64,000 nucleotides of DNA from Utricularia gibba (taxonomy: Eukaryota > Plantae > Magnoliophyta): NCBI GenBank assembly GCA_002189035.1, contig NEEC01000002.1, forward strand, positions 3,844,001 through 3,908,000, read 5' to 3'. A model generated the notes under the pieces. It saw only the letters and a program-made list of their open reading frames with translations. It did not search any database and was not told where the DNA came from. The position numbers and the translations under genes are program-made. Of the stretch, positions 22,216 through 35,537 are shown piece by piece (within the stretch, counting starts at the first letter, position 1; each line of letters starts with the position of its first letter).

Positions 22216-25062
22216 TGTTGGATGATGAAGTTGGAGAAATCAAGATGAATGCTGATCATTATGGGAGAAGATGCTGTCAAAAGGAGGCTGATTAGTAGCA
22301 ACTGTTATGGTTATTGAGAGTAGTTATATTTGGATAGAATTAATGTAATAAACTGATATGGTTAAGGTTTAGAAACAGTAGTGTCTTGTGTGTGATAGTA
22401 TAAGTACGTCATTGCTTTTGTAAGAAAGGTTGGCCGTTTATAAATGAAAGCAAAAAAAAGTTATGTAATTTTGATCCCTTCCTCTATGACAGTTGAATCA
22501 GAGCAGGTTTTCGGAAAGAAGATGGCAACTAGTGATTGCTTAGGAGGATCAGAGTAATTCCCATTCCCATTCCCATTGTTGATAAAAGAGAATTACTATT
22601 GGAAAATCCGAATGCAAACGATATTTGGTGTGTAGGAAGTTTAGGAAGTAGTTCGAAATGGGATTACACCCATGTCTAATGCTGCAACTCTGAGAAGAGA
22701 CAAGAAGGTCTTATTGATTATTCACCAAGCACTGAATGAGAAGTACTTTAAGATGGTCTCCAAGGCAACTTCATCAAAATATGCATGGGACTCCTTTATT
22801 GCTGCATTCTTAGGTGTAGATGAGGTGAAACGGGTGAAACTTCAAACTCTAACGGCTGAGTTTGTAGGCTTGAAACAAGAGCTTGAGGAAAGTGTGAATC
22901 ACTATGTCATTAGAATGCAAAGTTTGCAAACCAGGTGAACTATTTTGATGAAACGGCCGTTGAAGTAAGGATTGTGGAGAAAGTCCTCCATTCATTGGAT
23001 AAGAAATTTATCTTTGTGGTGGTTTCCATTGAGGAAGCAACTGATTGAAACATATTGACAGTTGATGAATTAAGAGGGTCATTACAAGCATATGAAGAGA
23101 GGCTTAAAGATGATGATGAACTTCATCTACCAAATTGCTACACCTCAATGTTGCAGGTTTGGGAAGAGGTGAGAAAAAGTAGCATAGTCCTCGTGGAAAT
23201 TGGAGAGGATGTGGCTATTGCAGGGGTTCTGGATGTTTTAATATATCCAATAACCATCAGGACATGATCTCCATCACATAATGGAGACAGTGGAAATAAT
23301 TAGAAAGGCCGAGGTAGAGGATTCTTCAAGAACAACTCCAAAAACTCTGCTAAAAATAATTATCAGAAAAAGAAGGCAAACATTGAGTGCTACAACTGCC
23401 ATAAGATGGGTCATTCTTCATGGGAGTGTTATCAAGAAAAACAAGACCAAAGTAATCTTACTGAAGGAGTGCAAGAAATGGAGTCTTAGTAGATTGATGA
23501 ATAACCGATTTTGCTAATGGCCAAGGAAGATGATCAAAGGTGTTCAAACACTTGGTATCTGGGTACTGGAGCCATGAATCACATGTGAGGCCAGAAAACT
23601 TCATTTTCTAACATAAAAAAGGATCGAGGAGGCTTCATCTCACTTGCAGATGCATTGAAATCGGTAGTGGGAGGCAAAGGGAGTTTTACTCTTTGTATGA
23701 GGAATGGTAATTTTGTCTCCGATGCTAATGTATTATATGTTCATAATCTTAAGAACAACATTCTGAGCCTTTGACAGTTTATAGAGAATGGATGTGATTT
23801 TTCTACACAAAACAAGTGCCTAAATTTGATTGATCAGGATGGAAGAGCAATTTTCACAATCAAAATGCAAGTAAATAGGATGTTCCCCCTAAAGCTTCAA
23901 GTGGTTACTCCCATGTGTCTTAAAGCATGTTTTGATCATCAAGATTGGTCATAGCATTTGAGACTTGGGCACATCAACTTCGAGAGGCTGAAGACGATGA
24001 GTCAGAAACAACTTGTGAAAGGCCTTCCTCATATTGATCATCCTGGTGCGGAGTTTGTATTTTTTGGAAGCAACCAAGAGCAAAGATCTCAAAGATGAAG
24101 GAATTTTGAGGAAGTTAGCCACTTGAATTGATCTATAGTGATGTTTGTGGACCAATGAAACCAGAAACTTTGAGAGGAAATAAGTATATTTTGCTCTTTA
24201 TTGATGATTACAGCAAGAAGACATGGATTTATATCTTAAAATTTAAATCTGATGTGTTTCAGATTTTCTGTGAATACCAGGTAGTGGTATAGAGAGGCAA
24301 ATTGGACTTTTAGTAAGAAGATTGAGACCAAGGGGAGAGTTCACTCCCAACACGTTTTGTTAGTATTGCAAAACCTAAGGCATTCATCCTGAATTTTTTG
24401 CAGCAAGGAATTCACAAAAAAATAGGCTTGCAGAAAGGAAAACATCAAGAAAATATTGGATATGGTGAGAAGCTTACTAAAGACAAAAAGTATGTCGAAG
24501 GAACTTTGAGGAGAAACTGTTGTTCTGATAATTTATATTTTGAATAGGAACTCTTCTCGAAATTGAAAAACATGACCATCTATTTCACACATGAAAGTCT
24601 TCCGATCAATTACATATGCTCATAAGGATGATATACTGAGAATCAAACTGGATGATAAATTACAAAAGCTTGTGTTTATTGGCTATGACCAGACTTCAAA
24701 GAAGTACAAGCTATTTGATCTTGGAAGAAACAAATCCATCTCAAAAGAGATGTGGTTTTTAGTGAGTCCAAAAGTTGGGATTGAAAGTTTTTTGATAATC
24801 AACACACTTTCATTAATGATTCTCCATTTGATGATGATTTACAAGTTCCCATGGCTACACCTATTGATCCTGAAAATGTGAAAACACCGGTAAGAGAGCA
24901 AGTCAGGAGAATTCCAAGGCACTTGGAAGATTTTGTGTATGACTTACCTTGATAGAGTCATGAATTTTTTCAAGAAGTTGGCAGTTTTAGTCACTTGTCT
25001 CTTTATAGAAACTGAACCTGTAGATTTCTTTGAAGCAGTTACGGAACCAGTATGGCAGGAAG
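22216..25062 (+). mobile_element. Ty1/copia (Ivana/Ale-like) 5' half: LTR, PBS, gag, PR, INT; RT and 3' LTR missing
   Basis: 5' LTR ~22216-22491 and degenerate Met PBS (GTTGAATCAGAGC). UBN2-like gag, zinc knuckle CYNCHKMGHSSWEC, WYLGTGAMNHM, LELIYSDVCGP, ending at EPVDFFEAVTEPVWQE. Confidence 0.85.
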
Positions 25063-25385
25063 TAGAGGTGGGGTCGGTTCGAACTGGAACCGTACGGTTT
25101 CGGTTCGGTTCGGCATATTTGGAACCGTGGAACCGACAGTTCCGACCCGTGTGTGAGCTATATTGTTCACGGTTCTTCGGAACCGAAAAAAATTTAAAAA
25201 AAATCATAAAAAATTAAAAAATTAAAAAAAATTAAAAAAAATTAAAAAAAAAAAAATAAATAAATGTATATTATTTCAAACACTTTTTTCAGACACCCAT
25301 ACGAATTACGACGGAAGTGGGTGCCTGAAAAATCTTCTCAAACACCCCTTCCAAGACACATTAACGATAGATGTGGATGCAGCGG
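25063..25385 (+). mobile_element. Left end of a non-autonomous hAT-type element (MITE-like), truncated
   Basis: Starts TAGAGGTG with dense GGTTC/GAACC(G) subterminal repeats and then an A-rich tract. No right TIR or second 8-bp TSD found. Confidence 0.6.
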
Positions 25386-25393
25386 AGGGTACC

Positions 25394-26330
25394 TTAGTCA
25401 TGGGGCATGCGGGAGTGTGAAGCAGTAGCCATAAGAGTGTCCAGCTTCATGGAAAGCGCAGAAACCTGTTCCTGGAGACTCTGAATAGCTAGCAGCAGGG
25501 TGTGTTTGGTGGGGCTTGAAGGTGCAATGCTCAAGGGGATATCAGTTGGTGCACCATATGGATTCACAATGGAGGGGGGCATGGAAGTGATGGTACTCTT
25601 GGTACCCACTTGCATGAAAACAGCCTTCCCCTCAACCTCCTTCAGGTAGCTATAAGAAAACAAGTCATTCAAATCTAGATAACGGAAATGATCATCTATC
25701 TGAGGGGTCTGTTTGTCAAGGTTAACTTTGAGGTGTTGGGCGATCTTGGTGATGAGGGAAGCAATTGGGAGCACTCTTTCATTTTTGGCGGTGATGGAAT
25801 GCATTTGAGTGGCAATCCACCATCCCAAATTGATGGGGAGCTTCTTCATCATCGCCCACAAAAAGAACACGATCACCTTGGCAATGATGCTGGTGCCTTG
25901 TCAGGTTGCGCTGTAACAGCCTCCCAAATACCTGTTCAACAATAAAAGAGAAGGCCCTCAAGTAATGGGCCTTGAGTTTGCGTACAGAAAATGGGGCTCA
26001 CAGATAGACATGGAAGCATACACATTCAACACATTAAAATGCTCAAGATAATCAGAGAATGCTTGGAGGTAACGTGTAGTGGCTAAATTAGATTCAGAAA
26101 CAAAGCCTAAAGCCACATTAAAATCATTGATAGACATACGAAATTTTTTACCACCAAGGCGAAAAGAAATCAATTCCTCAGCAAGAGGATTACCAGCTAC
26201 ATCCTCAAACACAAAAGTAGTGTAAAATTCAAACACAAGTTTGGGATAAACCGGCAAGCTAATTTCAGAAAATTTACGCCACTCAGGGGAAGCATCAATA
26301 AGCGATTAAGATCAGCAAGCAGATTCTGAT
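25394..26330 (-). pseudogene. Athila ORF2 (so-called env-like) remnant, N-terminus deleted
   Basis: LPVYPKLVFEFYTTF...ISFRLGGKKFRMSINDFNVALG and FFLWAMMKKLPINLGWWIATQM, which match the ORF2 of element 2. Confidence 0.7.
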
Positions 26331-29300
26331 GCACCAAAGTAGGTCATGGGTTGCCTCCCATGCAGCGCCAATTTATAGTCCTTGGCCGACTGTGACACCT
26401 GTTAATGAGCCTCGACTAGAAGTAAGCTGCACACACTGTGCGGCTTAAAATTCTCATAAAATGGCTTCAATTGGTGTCCATTCACCTTAATGCTTTTCCT
26501 TGTCTCAAATGAACGAATAATAACAGCAATAGAGGGAAAAACATTCACAACTTCATAAGGTCCAAGCCACTTAGAACGCAATTTACCGGGAAAGAGTTTC
26601 AATGTGGTATCAAACAAGAGAACTTTTTGACCTACTAAAAATTGCTTCCCATGCAACTTACCATCATGGAAGCATTTTACCTTTTCCTTGTGCAAGAGCT
26701 GGTTAGTGTAGGCATTGAGGCGAATTTCCTCCAGCTCATTTACGTCTAAAAGTCTGTTCTCTCCTGCTTGATCGCTAGTCAGGTTGCATGACTTGACGGC
26801 CCAGTACGCCCTGTGATGTAATTCAAAGGATAGATGACATGCCTTATCATAGATCATTCGGTATGGAGACATTCCTATAGGATTCTCGTAAGCTGTACAG
26901 TATGCCCATAGTGCATCATTGAGTCATAAGCTCCAATCTCGCCTATTTGGGTTTACTGTACGCTCCAAGATCCTTTTCACCTCTCTATTTGATACTTCCG
27001 CCATGCCATTTGTTTGAGGATGTCTAGCTGTGGACAGGCGGTGGTTGACTCCATATTTGGCCGATGCACTCTTGATGGCATGATTCACAAAATGGGTGAC
27101 ATTATCTAAAATTATAATTTTGGGATGTCCAAACCTAGGAAACAAGATGTTTGTCAAGAAATTACCCATGGTTTTGGCATCATCCCTTTCACAAGCAATG
27201 GCTTCAACTCATTTGGAAACATAATCAACAGCAAGAAGGATGTAGAGCTTCCCTTGAGAAGGGGGAAATGGTCCCATGAAGTCGATGTCCCATGCATCAA
27301 AGATCTCATACATGATAATGGGTTGAATGGGCATTTGATCTCTATATCTCAAAATTTCACCTCTTTGACAATGTGGGCATGCCTTGCAATGAAGGTAGGC
27401 ATCCTTTAATATGGTACGCCAATAAAGTCCAGCTTCCAAGACCTTCTTTGCAGTAACTTTTGCACCAAAGTATCCACAGCAAGGTAGCTCATGACAATGT
27501 GAAAGGATAGAGTGCATTTCATCGAGGCACTTGGACGCATAGTGGATAACATGGGATTGTTTCTCCACCTTTTGTCTTGCACCTAGAGCTACATCACATG
27601 CATCACACATTAGTTCAAATGGTAGATCCCAATTTGGAGCCTGAATATTGGGAGCTGAAACCAGCTTCTCTTTTAAAACATCAAAAGCATGCATGCATGC
27701 ATTTTTCATCAAAGTGAAACTCAACATCTTTATGCAATAAGGCACATAGAGGAGATGCAATTTTCGAAAAATCTTGAATAAACCTACGATAAAAATCAGC
27801 ATGTCCAAGGAAAGAACGTGCATCTCTCACACAAGTAGGATAAGGTAATTTTTGGATTACCTCAATCTTGGCCTTGTCAACCTCAATTCCCATTTGGGAA
27901 ACAACATGTCCTAAAATGATACCTTGTTCTACCATAAAGTGACATTTCTCATAATTCAAAACAAGGTTAGTCTCAACACAACGCTTCAAAATCAATGACA
28001 AGTTAGCAACACATTCATCAAAGCTATTTCCATAAACCGTAAAGTCATGCATAAAAACCTCAATAATATTCTCAACATATTCAGAAAAAATACTAACCGT
28101 GCATCTCTGAAATGTTGCTGGTGCATTGTAAAGTCTGAAGGGCATTTTATGGTAAGCAAAAGTTCCAAAAGGGCAAACGAAAACAACCTTAGGTTGATCC
28201 TCAAGAGCCACGGGTATTTGATGGAAACCGGAGTATCCATCCAAGCAATAATAATGGCTCTTTCCAGCAAGTCTTTCCAACATTTGGTCAATGAATGGAA
28301 GTAGGTAGTGGTCCTTCTTGGTGATTGCATTCAGCTTTCGGTAATCTACGCACATTCGCCAGCCATTTTGCACTCTTGTAGGCAGGAGTTCCCCTTGGTC
28401 ATTGGCCATGCATGTGATGCTTGTTTTCTTCGGGACAACCTGCACAGGGCTAACCCACTCACTATCAGATATAGGATAGATTATACCTGCGGCCAACAAC
28501 TTCAGAATCTCCTTGACCACTTCAATCATAGGTGGATTCAATCTCCTCTAAGGTTGGCAAATTGGCTTTGTTGCCTTCTCCAAATAAATGCGGTGTGTAC
28601 ATATGGAGGGGCTTATGCCTTTAAAAACTGCCAATATCCACCCAATTGCGTGTTTGTGCTCCTGGAGCACACTCCTGAGTTTTTGCTCCTATTCAGGGGT
28701 TAGTGTACTAGAGATAATAACAGGTAAAGTCTCATTTTCGCCCAGAAATAAATATTTCAAATGCTCAGGGAGAGTTTTTAACTCTAGTAATGCGACATGA
28801 ATAACGGAAGGAATCAGCTGTTTCTTAGGCATTTCCAGACTCAGAAAAGCAACGTCAGAAAATTCAGGTTTTTTTCAGGAAAATGATCAAAATAACTTAA
28901 AAGTTCAGAATCAGAAAAAGAAATACGATCAGAATCAAAATTTTCAGTAAGGCATTTGAGCAAGGGATCTTTTTCATGGAGCATCACTAAGTGTTCTACA
29001 TCTGCGTCAGATGTAGATATTGAGAAAATCTCGTTAATCTGGTCCGGATATTGCATGGCTTTGTCCAGGCTGAAGTCAGCACCTACCCATGGAACTGTAG
29101 GGAAATTCTGCCGGCTTGGACGTCAATTTTGGTGCCTTCAGTAGCCATAAACGGTCGTCTCAAAATGATGGACTCCGAAATCATGGGATTTTCACTCTCC
29201 ATGGGAATAACTAAAAAGTCAGCAGGAAAAATCAAATCTTTTTAATGCACAAACACATCATCAACCCTACCATTAGGCTTCACATGTGATCTATCAGCCA

Positions 29301-31568
29301 ATTGACAAACTGATGCTCCTAAATCAGTAGGTTCAAGTTTACCTAGCTTAGATGCAAGATAAAGAGATCTAGGCATAACATTAACTGATGCTCCTAAATC
29401 ACACATGGCCATTGAAATTTTTGTCTCACCAATAGTAATAGGTATGGAAAACATACCTGAATCTTTACACTTTCGTGGAAGCCTTCTCTAAATAATTGCT
29501 GAAATATTTTCAGTCAAAGGAATTACCTCTTCCACTTTTTCCTTCTTCCTGGGGTCACATAAATCTTTCAGCATTTTCGCATATTTCGGCACTTGATCTA
29601 TCATGTCCAGCAAGGGAATATTCATGTTCACCTTCTTTATCACCTCCAGAAAGGCTTTTAGTCCATGTTTGTCCTTATTTTTCCTACGAAGTCTCATAGG
29701 GAAAAGAGGAGGAATGACTAGAGGCTTAGGTTGATCAATTTCTTGCGGCTCCTTCTCCTTCACTTCTTCAAGTGGCATTGGTACAGCAGTGTTATGGATT
29801 GGAGAATCATCAGGATTCTCTAAAATAATCTCATGATCCACGTCATCATCGTCGTCCAAGACTTCTAATTCTTTTTCTTCAGATCTGTCCACCTTAGTCA
29901 TGAACCATGAGTAAGGTTCCGATAGATCCTTCCCACTTCTTAAAGATAGTGCGTTGATGTGCTCTGGGTTCTTCAGTGGCTGGGATGGCAGTGCTCCTTG
30001 CGTCTCCTGTCAGTTCATGGCTTGAACCAGTTGGGTAATCTGAGTTTGCATGCTTGTAATTCATCCATCCATGTTTTTTTGAGCGGCATGCATCTTGGTG
30101 GTGCTCTCGGCAAGGGACTTCACCATGGACTTTAGATTCTGATTCGGCTGATAAGGAACAAGGGGTTGATCTGGAACTCCAGTGATTTGCAAAGGTTCAG
30201 ACGGAGCAGTGAGGGTTTTCTGAGGAACAGTAGAAGGGTTCCCTAGTGATGGGGCTTGACCAGGAGATACTGGTTGTCTCCAGCGGTAACTAGGGTGATC
30301 TCTTCTCGGCATTTGGTAGTTTCCGTAATTGTAGGTTCCTCCTTGGTTCTGATAGAAGGCGTTCGCCTCTTCTACTGGCATCTCATGTATCATAGGACTT
30401 GGATAAGAAAGATGAGAGGTTGAAGATCCTTGATACATTCCTTGTTGTTAGAGAAGTGATTGGAAGCCAAGCTTCAAGGTATCACTCATAGTAGCAAGTT
30501 GAGTAAAAACTTTAGAGTTGTCCACTTCACGCACTGATTTGATAGGCTGAGAAATCTCTCCAGGTGCTCGATATGAGTGGTCATAACGGCTGGAAGGAGA
30601 ATAAGAGTTGGCAGCCATTTGTTCTATCAATCTTTGGGCGTCAGCGCTGTGGCGGTTCTCTAGTAATGACCCATTACAAGCGGCATCCATATTTCCTTTG
30701 ATCATGGGAGTCAGTCCTTCGTAAAAATGCTGTTAAATTTGACCTTCAGTAAGTCCATTCTTTGGATAAGTATAACAGATCCGGTTGAATCTGTCATAAT
30801 ACTCCCATAAATTCTCGCTTTCACTTTGTAGCATGGTAGCTAAAGCTCTTCTTCTGGCGGAGGCTCTTCCTAAGGGTGCATATCGATCAAGAAACTTCTG
30901 AACCATTTGCTCCCAGGTTGCAATAGAGGATGGTGGTATTCCATACAGCCACTCCAAGGCTCGCTCAATGAGACTGAAAGGGAAGACCCGTAGCTTGACT
31001 TGGTTCTCCGTTACACCTTTTGGGCGCTTGGATGCACAAGCCATGTGCAACTCATTAAGATGACGATTTGGGTTGTCATTTTCTCTCCTGGCGAACTTAG
31101 GAAGTGTCTGGAACGAATATGGGCAAAGCTCAAAGTCCTCTTTTGCGTGAAAGATAATACAAAGTGATCGGTTAGCATGGTTGGCAATGATTTCTTCTTT
31201 TATGGTTCTTAGTGCTGGGCCATGATAGTGATCGGCAGAACTGGAAAAAATTATGGATGCTGTTGCTCCTGTTCTCCATGCATTGTGGGCACTCCAGTAG
31301 ATGGTTGATCATCCATTTCTTCGTCAGGAGATGAATTTGAAGTTAGTTCTCTCTTTTTTCGCCAGAAATGTTCGCTCAATCTCCGGATCTAAGGGACACA
31401 AGATATCTCGGTACGCTCTTAAGCTTCGGTGACACTTCGGTGGAGCTGAATGCATAAAAACAAAGAAAAAGAATAGCAAAACAGAAATAAAAGGAAAACA
31501 AGAAGATAGAAAGAAAAAGAAAAGAAAAAGAAAAACTATACACAACACTAAACACAAAGCTACTTAAC

Positions 31569-31586
31569 TCCCTGGCAACGGTGCCA
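31569..31586 (-). other. Primer binding site, tRNA-Asp(GUC)
   Basis: TCCCTGGCAACGGTGCCA against tRNA-Asp 3' end TCCCCGGCAACGGCGCCA (2 mismatches). Confidence 0.8.
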
Positions 31587-33279
31587 AAAATATTTACAAA
31601 ATGTAAAACACAAAAAGCCTAGTACGAGTATCGATCTCAGGGAGTTGTTTTTTGTGAAATGTGTTTGTAAGAAACTTTCACCAAAATGTCACGGTTTTGC
31701 AAAAGGGGGTTTTTAAGATACAGAAATAAAAGTTACAACCTAAGTGATGGGCCTTAACTAGGGGACGTAGTTCCTAGGAATAAGATTCCACCTCCATCCT
31801 TTGTCCGTCCTTGCCTCGGTTTTCACTGATTTCCTCGAATAGCTGGTTATAGGAGCAAAGAATAGCCTATTCTCCCTTACACTCTGATTGACAAGGAGGC
31901 ATGGAAATAGCCTCATTTGATTCCCCCTTGGACGATTAGGAAGACAAGAGGATTGCCTTTGATTGCCTTCAAAACCGAATTGTGCGTGTGTGCCCAGCAG
32001 TTGCCAATGGCTAGTGGCAAGTCCGAGGTCACAACCTTTCCACTGTTGCAGTACCTAGGTCACAAACAATCCGCTATTTCCCTCGAACCGGTAGGTTTAG
32101 AGTTGGTGCTCTTCACCTTGATATGCACCAAGGTGAAGACTGCAACAAGATCTGCGAGGAGTGGCCTGCTACTCATGAACCTTGACTAGGAGTCATTATA
32201 GAAAGACTACAACAAGATGTGTGGAAATATGCAGAATCTAAAATCAATTCAGCGAAGAACTGAGTGTATTGCTCAGAACTTGAAAGGAAATTTCATCTTT
32301 TCCTAGAAAATAAAAGGTTTTAGCCACAAAGGACCATCAAACATAAACGAAATTAGAAACTAAGTGTTCCTCCTCCTTGAAGGGAGGAAGAACTCAAAAG
32401 TTCTAAGTACAAGAGAAATTGTTCAAAAGTCCGAAACTAAGTGCTCCAAGTGACTTTTATATCACTCCCCACGTGTATTAACTCCTTTGTTCCAATGTTT
32501 AACTCCTTTGTGTCTAAGTGACACAGGAATATTATTTATTTACTGAAATTTTATTTCAATGTTTAACTAACATGTGACTTAATTTTTTTTGTAATATTTA
32601 GGGTATATTAAAGAATTTAATTTTCAATTTCTTATATTCCAATTAATGCACGAAAACATGGGTATATTTTTGAAAATAGAGTCTTCTTTCAAAATTGCGC
32701 AATTACCAAATATTAGGGTATGGGTGCCTAGATAATACAATTTTATGGGTGACAGTGCCAGTCGCCCACATTAGCGACTCTAGGTGCCTCAAAATTGGAG
32801 TAATTAAATAGCATTTCCAAAAGAATTATACAGTGGGTTCAGATCGATTCAAGCGAACAATACTTCTCACCTGAAAACAACAAAAGTAATTACCGACAAC
32901 CTACGAACCTAGAGACATATTGCGCGTAATCATTACCTAATGATTTGGATAATTAAACCAACTCTTCACGCTCCCATACATAGCGCTACACATCATCACC
33001 CCAGCCCCCACTTTACCCACTCCCCACGGTGTCAAGTAAGACAACCCTAATCCCCACCCATCTGGTAAGAAAATTTTCTTACCTCTTTCCCCTGTCCCCC
33101 CCAGCCAAAAGTGACCGGACGCCCCCATAGTCCCACCACCAACTTGGAGTGTATTTTAAATTAAACAAGGTATGTGATTTATTTTCCACCATGGGTTGCT
33201 GATCTGTGTTCCAAATTGAAATACCTTGTCCAATTATTGTAGTTTGATTTTTTATACAATACCTATGGGTGTTTTGTAG

Positions 33280-35537
33280 ATGTATACTTCTGAAAAATTG
33301 AGAACTAGATTCTTAATACAGGATGAATATGAGATTTGGGACAAAGAACTGGATGAGTTGATTGAGAGTGAAATTCCAAACCATGTGGGTCCAATGGGAT
33401 TTGCCTTAAGCACGGAACATTTTCGTTGTGGTTTGCACTTACCATTGTTGCCCTTTTTAGAAGAAATATTAGAATGTTTAGAGATTCTATTATCTCATTT
33501 GACTCCAAGATCTATCTCATATGTGTTGGCTTTTGTGAGTATTTGTGAGGAGTTATCTCTTGAAGTAGAACTTCGTTTTTTTTGTGCTGTGAGTGTATGC
33601 TCTAGGACTCCAAACAAGAACCACTACACCCTAAAGGGGAAAAAAGGGTTGTTGCTAGTGAAAGATGTGAGAAGAGAATTTGAGGAATGGTGGATAAGTT
33701 TTGTTTGGATACGTCCTCCAATGGAAACAAAATTTCCTCAAATGCATCCTAATTCGAGTGAAGTAGGAAAGGCAAAAAGTAAATTTTTCATTGTATTGCT
33801 AGAAGAAATATGAATCAAAATATGGAATATTTTTATCAAATATTTTTATTGAATATTTGTATTGAATGTTTTTATTTAATGTATTATGATTGAATGTTTT
33901 TTAATCTACTCTTATTAAATCTATTGTTATTAAATAGTCTTATTGAATATTTTTAGTGAAGTTAATCTTATTAAGTCTTGTTTTTATTGAATATTTTTTG
34001 GACTCTACTTTTATTCAATCTAATTTAATTAAATTTGTTTGTTAATTTTTTTGATTATGTTCTTATCCAATATTTTTGAAAGATATTTTTTTTCAATGTA
34101 TTTTTATTCAATCTATTCTTATTGAATACTTTTCTATCTATTTTTATTTAATCTATCATTACTGAATATTTTTATTGAATATTTTTTAATCTATTCTTAT
34201 TGGGTATATATTTATACAGTTTAATGGTATTGAATATTTTTTTCAATACTCTTTTCGAATATGTGTATTCAATTTATTGCTGTCGAGTTTAATTCTTTTT
34301 TGTTGTAGGATTTGATACCTTGCACAAGAGGGATGTACAAGATCTTATACTCCTTTTCTCCAGTATGCAAATGAGTTTTATTGACATTTTACCACCATTT
34401 GTGGATGCACCAGGGACAAAATGTTATTGGTGTGGTGTGTTGAAGAATCCTATAGTATCTTAAAAGAATGAAGACTTGTCTAGGAATGAGAGGACACAAG
34501 AGAGTAATGATGTTGAAGGGACGAGCTCACACATGGACTCAATGATGTGGATGAGAGACTTGAATTTATAACAAAAGAGGATGAAGAGCTTCACTACAAG
34601 TTGGATTGGTATGAGAGTCGTTGGGCATATACCGGACCCTCTTTGAGTGCCTCTGAGCCTTAACGAAAGCTGATAATCTTGGATGTCAATGGTGTGCTCG
34701 CAGACATCATGTATAGGGCTGGATCGTCAAGGTCATGAATCCCTCCAGATAAAATTATATATGGCCGATCAGGTACTAAAACAACACTTATTTTGTGTGT
34801 TATTCGCATTCAAGATTTGTGAGATATCATAGGTGATTTTTGGTGTAATTTATGCAATCTTTCTATGTCCATATGCCCGTGACTTTATTAGGTAGTGTAT
34901 GGATAATTTTGATGTAGCCTTATGGTCATCCCGTGGCGGGTACGTGTGTTGCTTTTTTTTTTTGGTTGGTATTTAGAATGGTGCCAATTCTTGTAATTGA
35001 TTTATTTTGTAGGGAGCAGCTACAAGCAATCACTAAATGGGTCTTTCTACCTTCGTTATTTGATAAAGTCATTTTTGTGTGGGATCAAACGATGACTACG
35101 GACACGGGTGTATGTGTTCACAGCAATCCTAGCAACACGGTCTACATGAAGGAGTTGAGTCGTGTATGGGCTGTCAACAATGGATTAAACACAAGATATG
35201 ACCGTCAAAACACCTTATTGATTGATGATTCACCTCAGAAGTCAATGAATTATCCGGTAAGTCATTTTTGCTATTCTACTCTAGCATACACTTGATTATA
35301 CATCAAAACTAACCCTTAATTTTTCAGGAAAATAACGATGTTTTACCAAGTCCCGATTTGCATACTAATAGGGATGATGCATCACTAAATATTGATGGTG
35401 AGATGCGGACTTTCCTTGAAGGGTTACGGTATGCTCATGATGTTCCAAGTTATGTTAATGAGAACCGAATAGCACAGCCTCCCATACGTGAGGGACATAC
35501 CTTATGGGAGTATTATGCATGCCTACAAGATTGTTAG
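33280..35537 (+). pseudogene. Chimeric 5-exon pseudogene: Transposase_28-like domain plus NIF/FCP1-like HAD phosphatase domain
   Basis: Exons 33280-33778, 34309-34772, 34858-34939, 35013-35256 and 35328-35537, all phase-compatible. Exon 1 has FRCGLHLPLLPFLEEIL...EEWWISFVWIRPP. Exons 2-5 have KLIILDVNGVLAD, VFLCPYARDF...FDVALWSSR, IFVWDQ...KEL..VW, NTLLIDDSPQKS and MRTFLEGL. One frameshift, about 4 stops, and one acceptor mutated to CAA (34857). Confidence 0.8.

Larger units (their letters stand above)
25394..32525 (-). mobile_element. Athila-like Ty3/gypsy element 1 (5' LTR, PBS, gag-pol, partial ORF2; 3' LTR missing)
   Basis: 5' LTR ~31591-32525 and tRNA-Asp PBS at 31569-31586. gag VKLRVFPFSL; protease MCDLGASVNVMP; RT CLDGYSGFHQI; INT WDIDFMGPF. 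Post-pol GGGAGGCAACCC motif and ORF2 remnant at 25394-26330. Confidence 0.88.

Noticed and set aside
32760-32784. Hairpin AGTCGC-N8-GCGACT followed by CTAG (Helitron 3' end?)
   Set aside because: CTAG follows the stem directly rather than ~10 nt later, and no matching 5' TC end or Rep/Hel remnant was seen.
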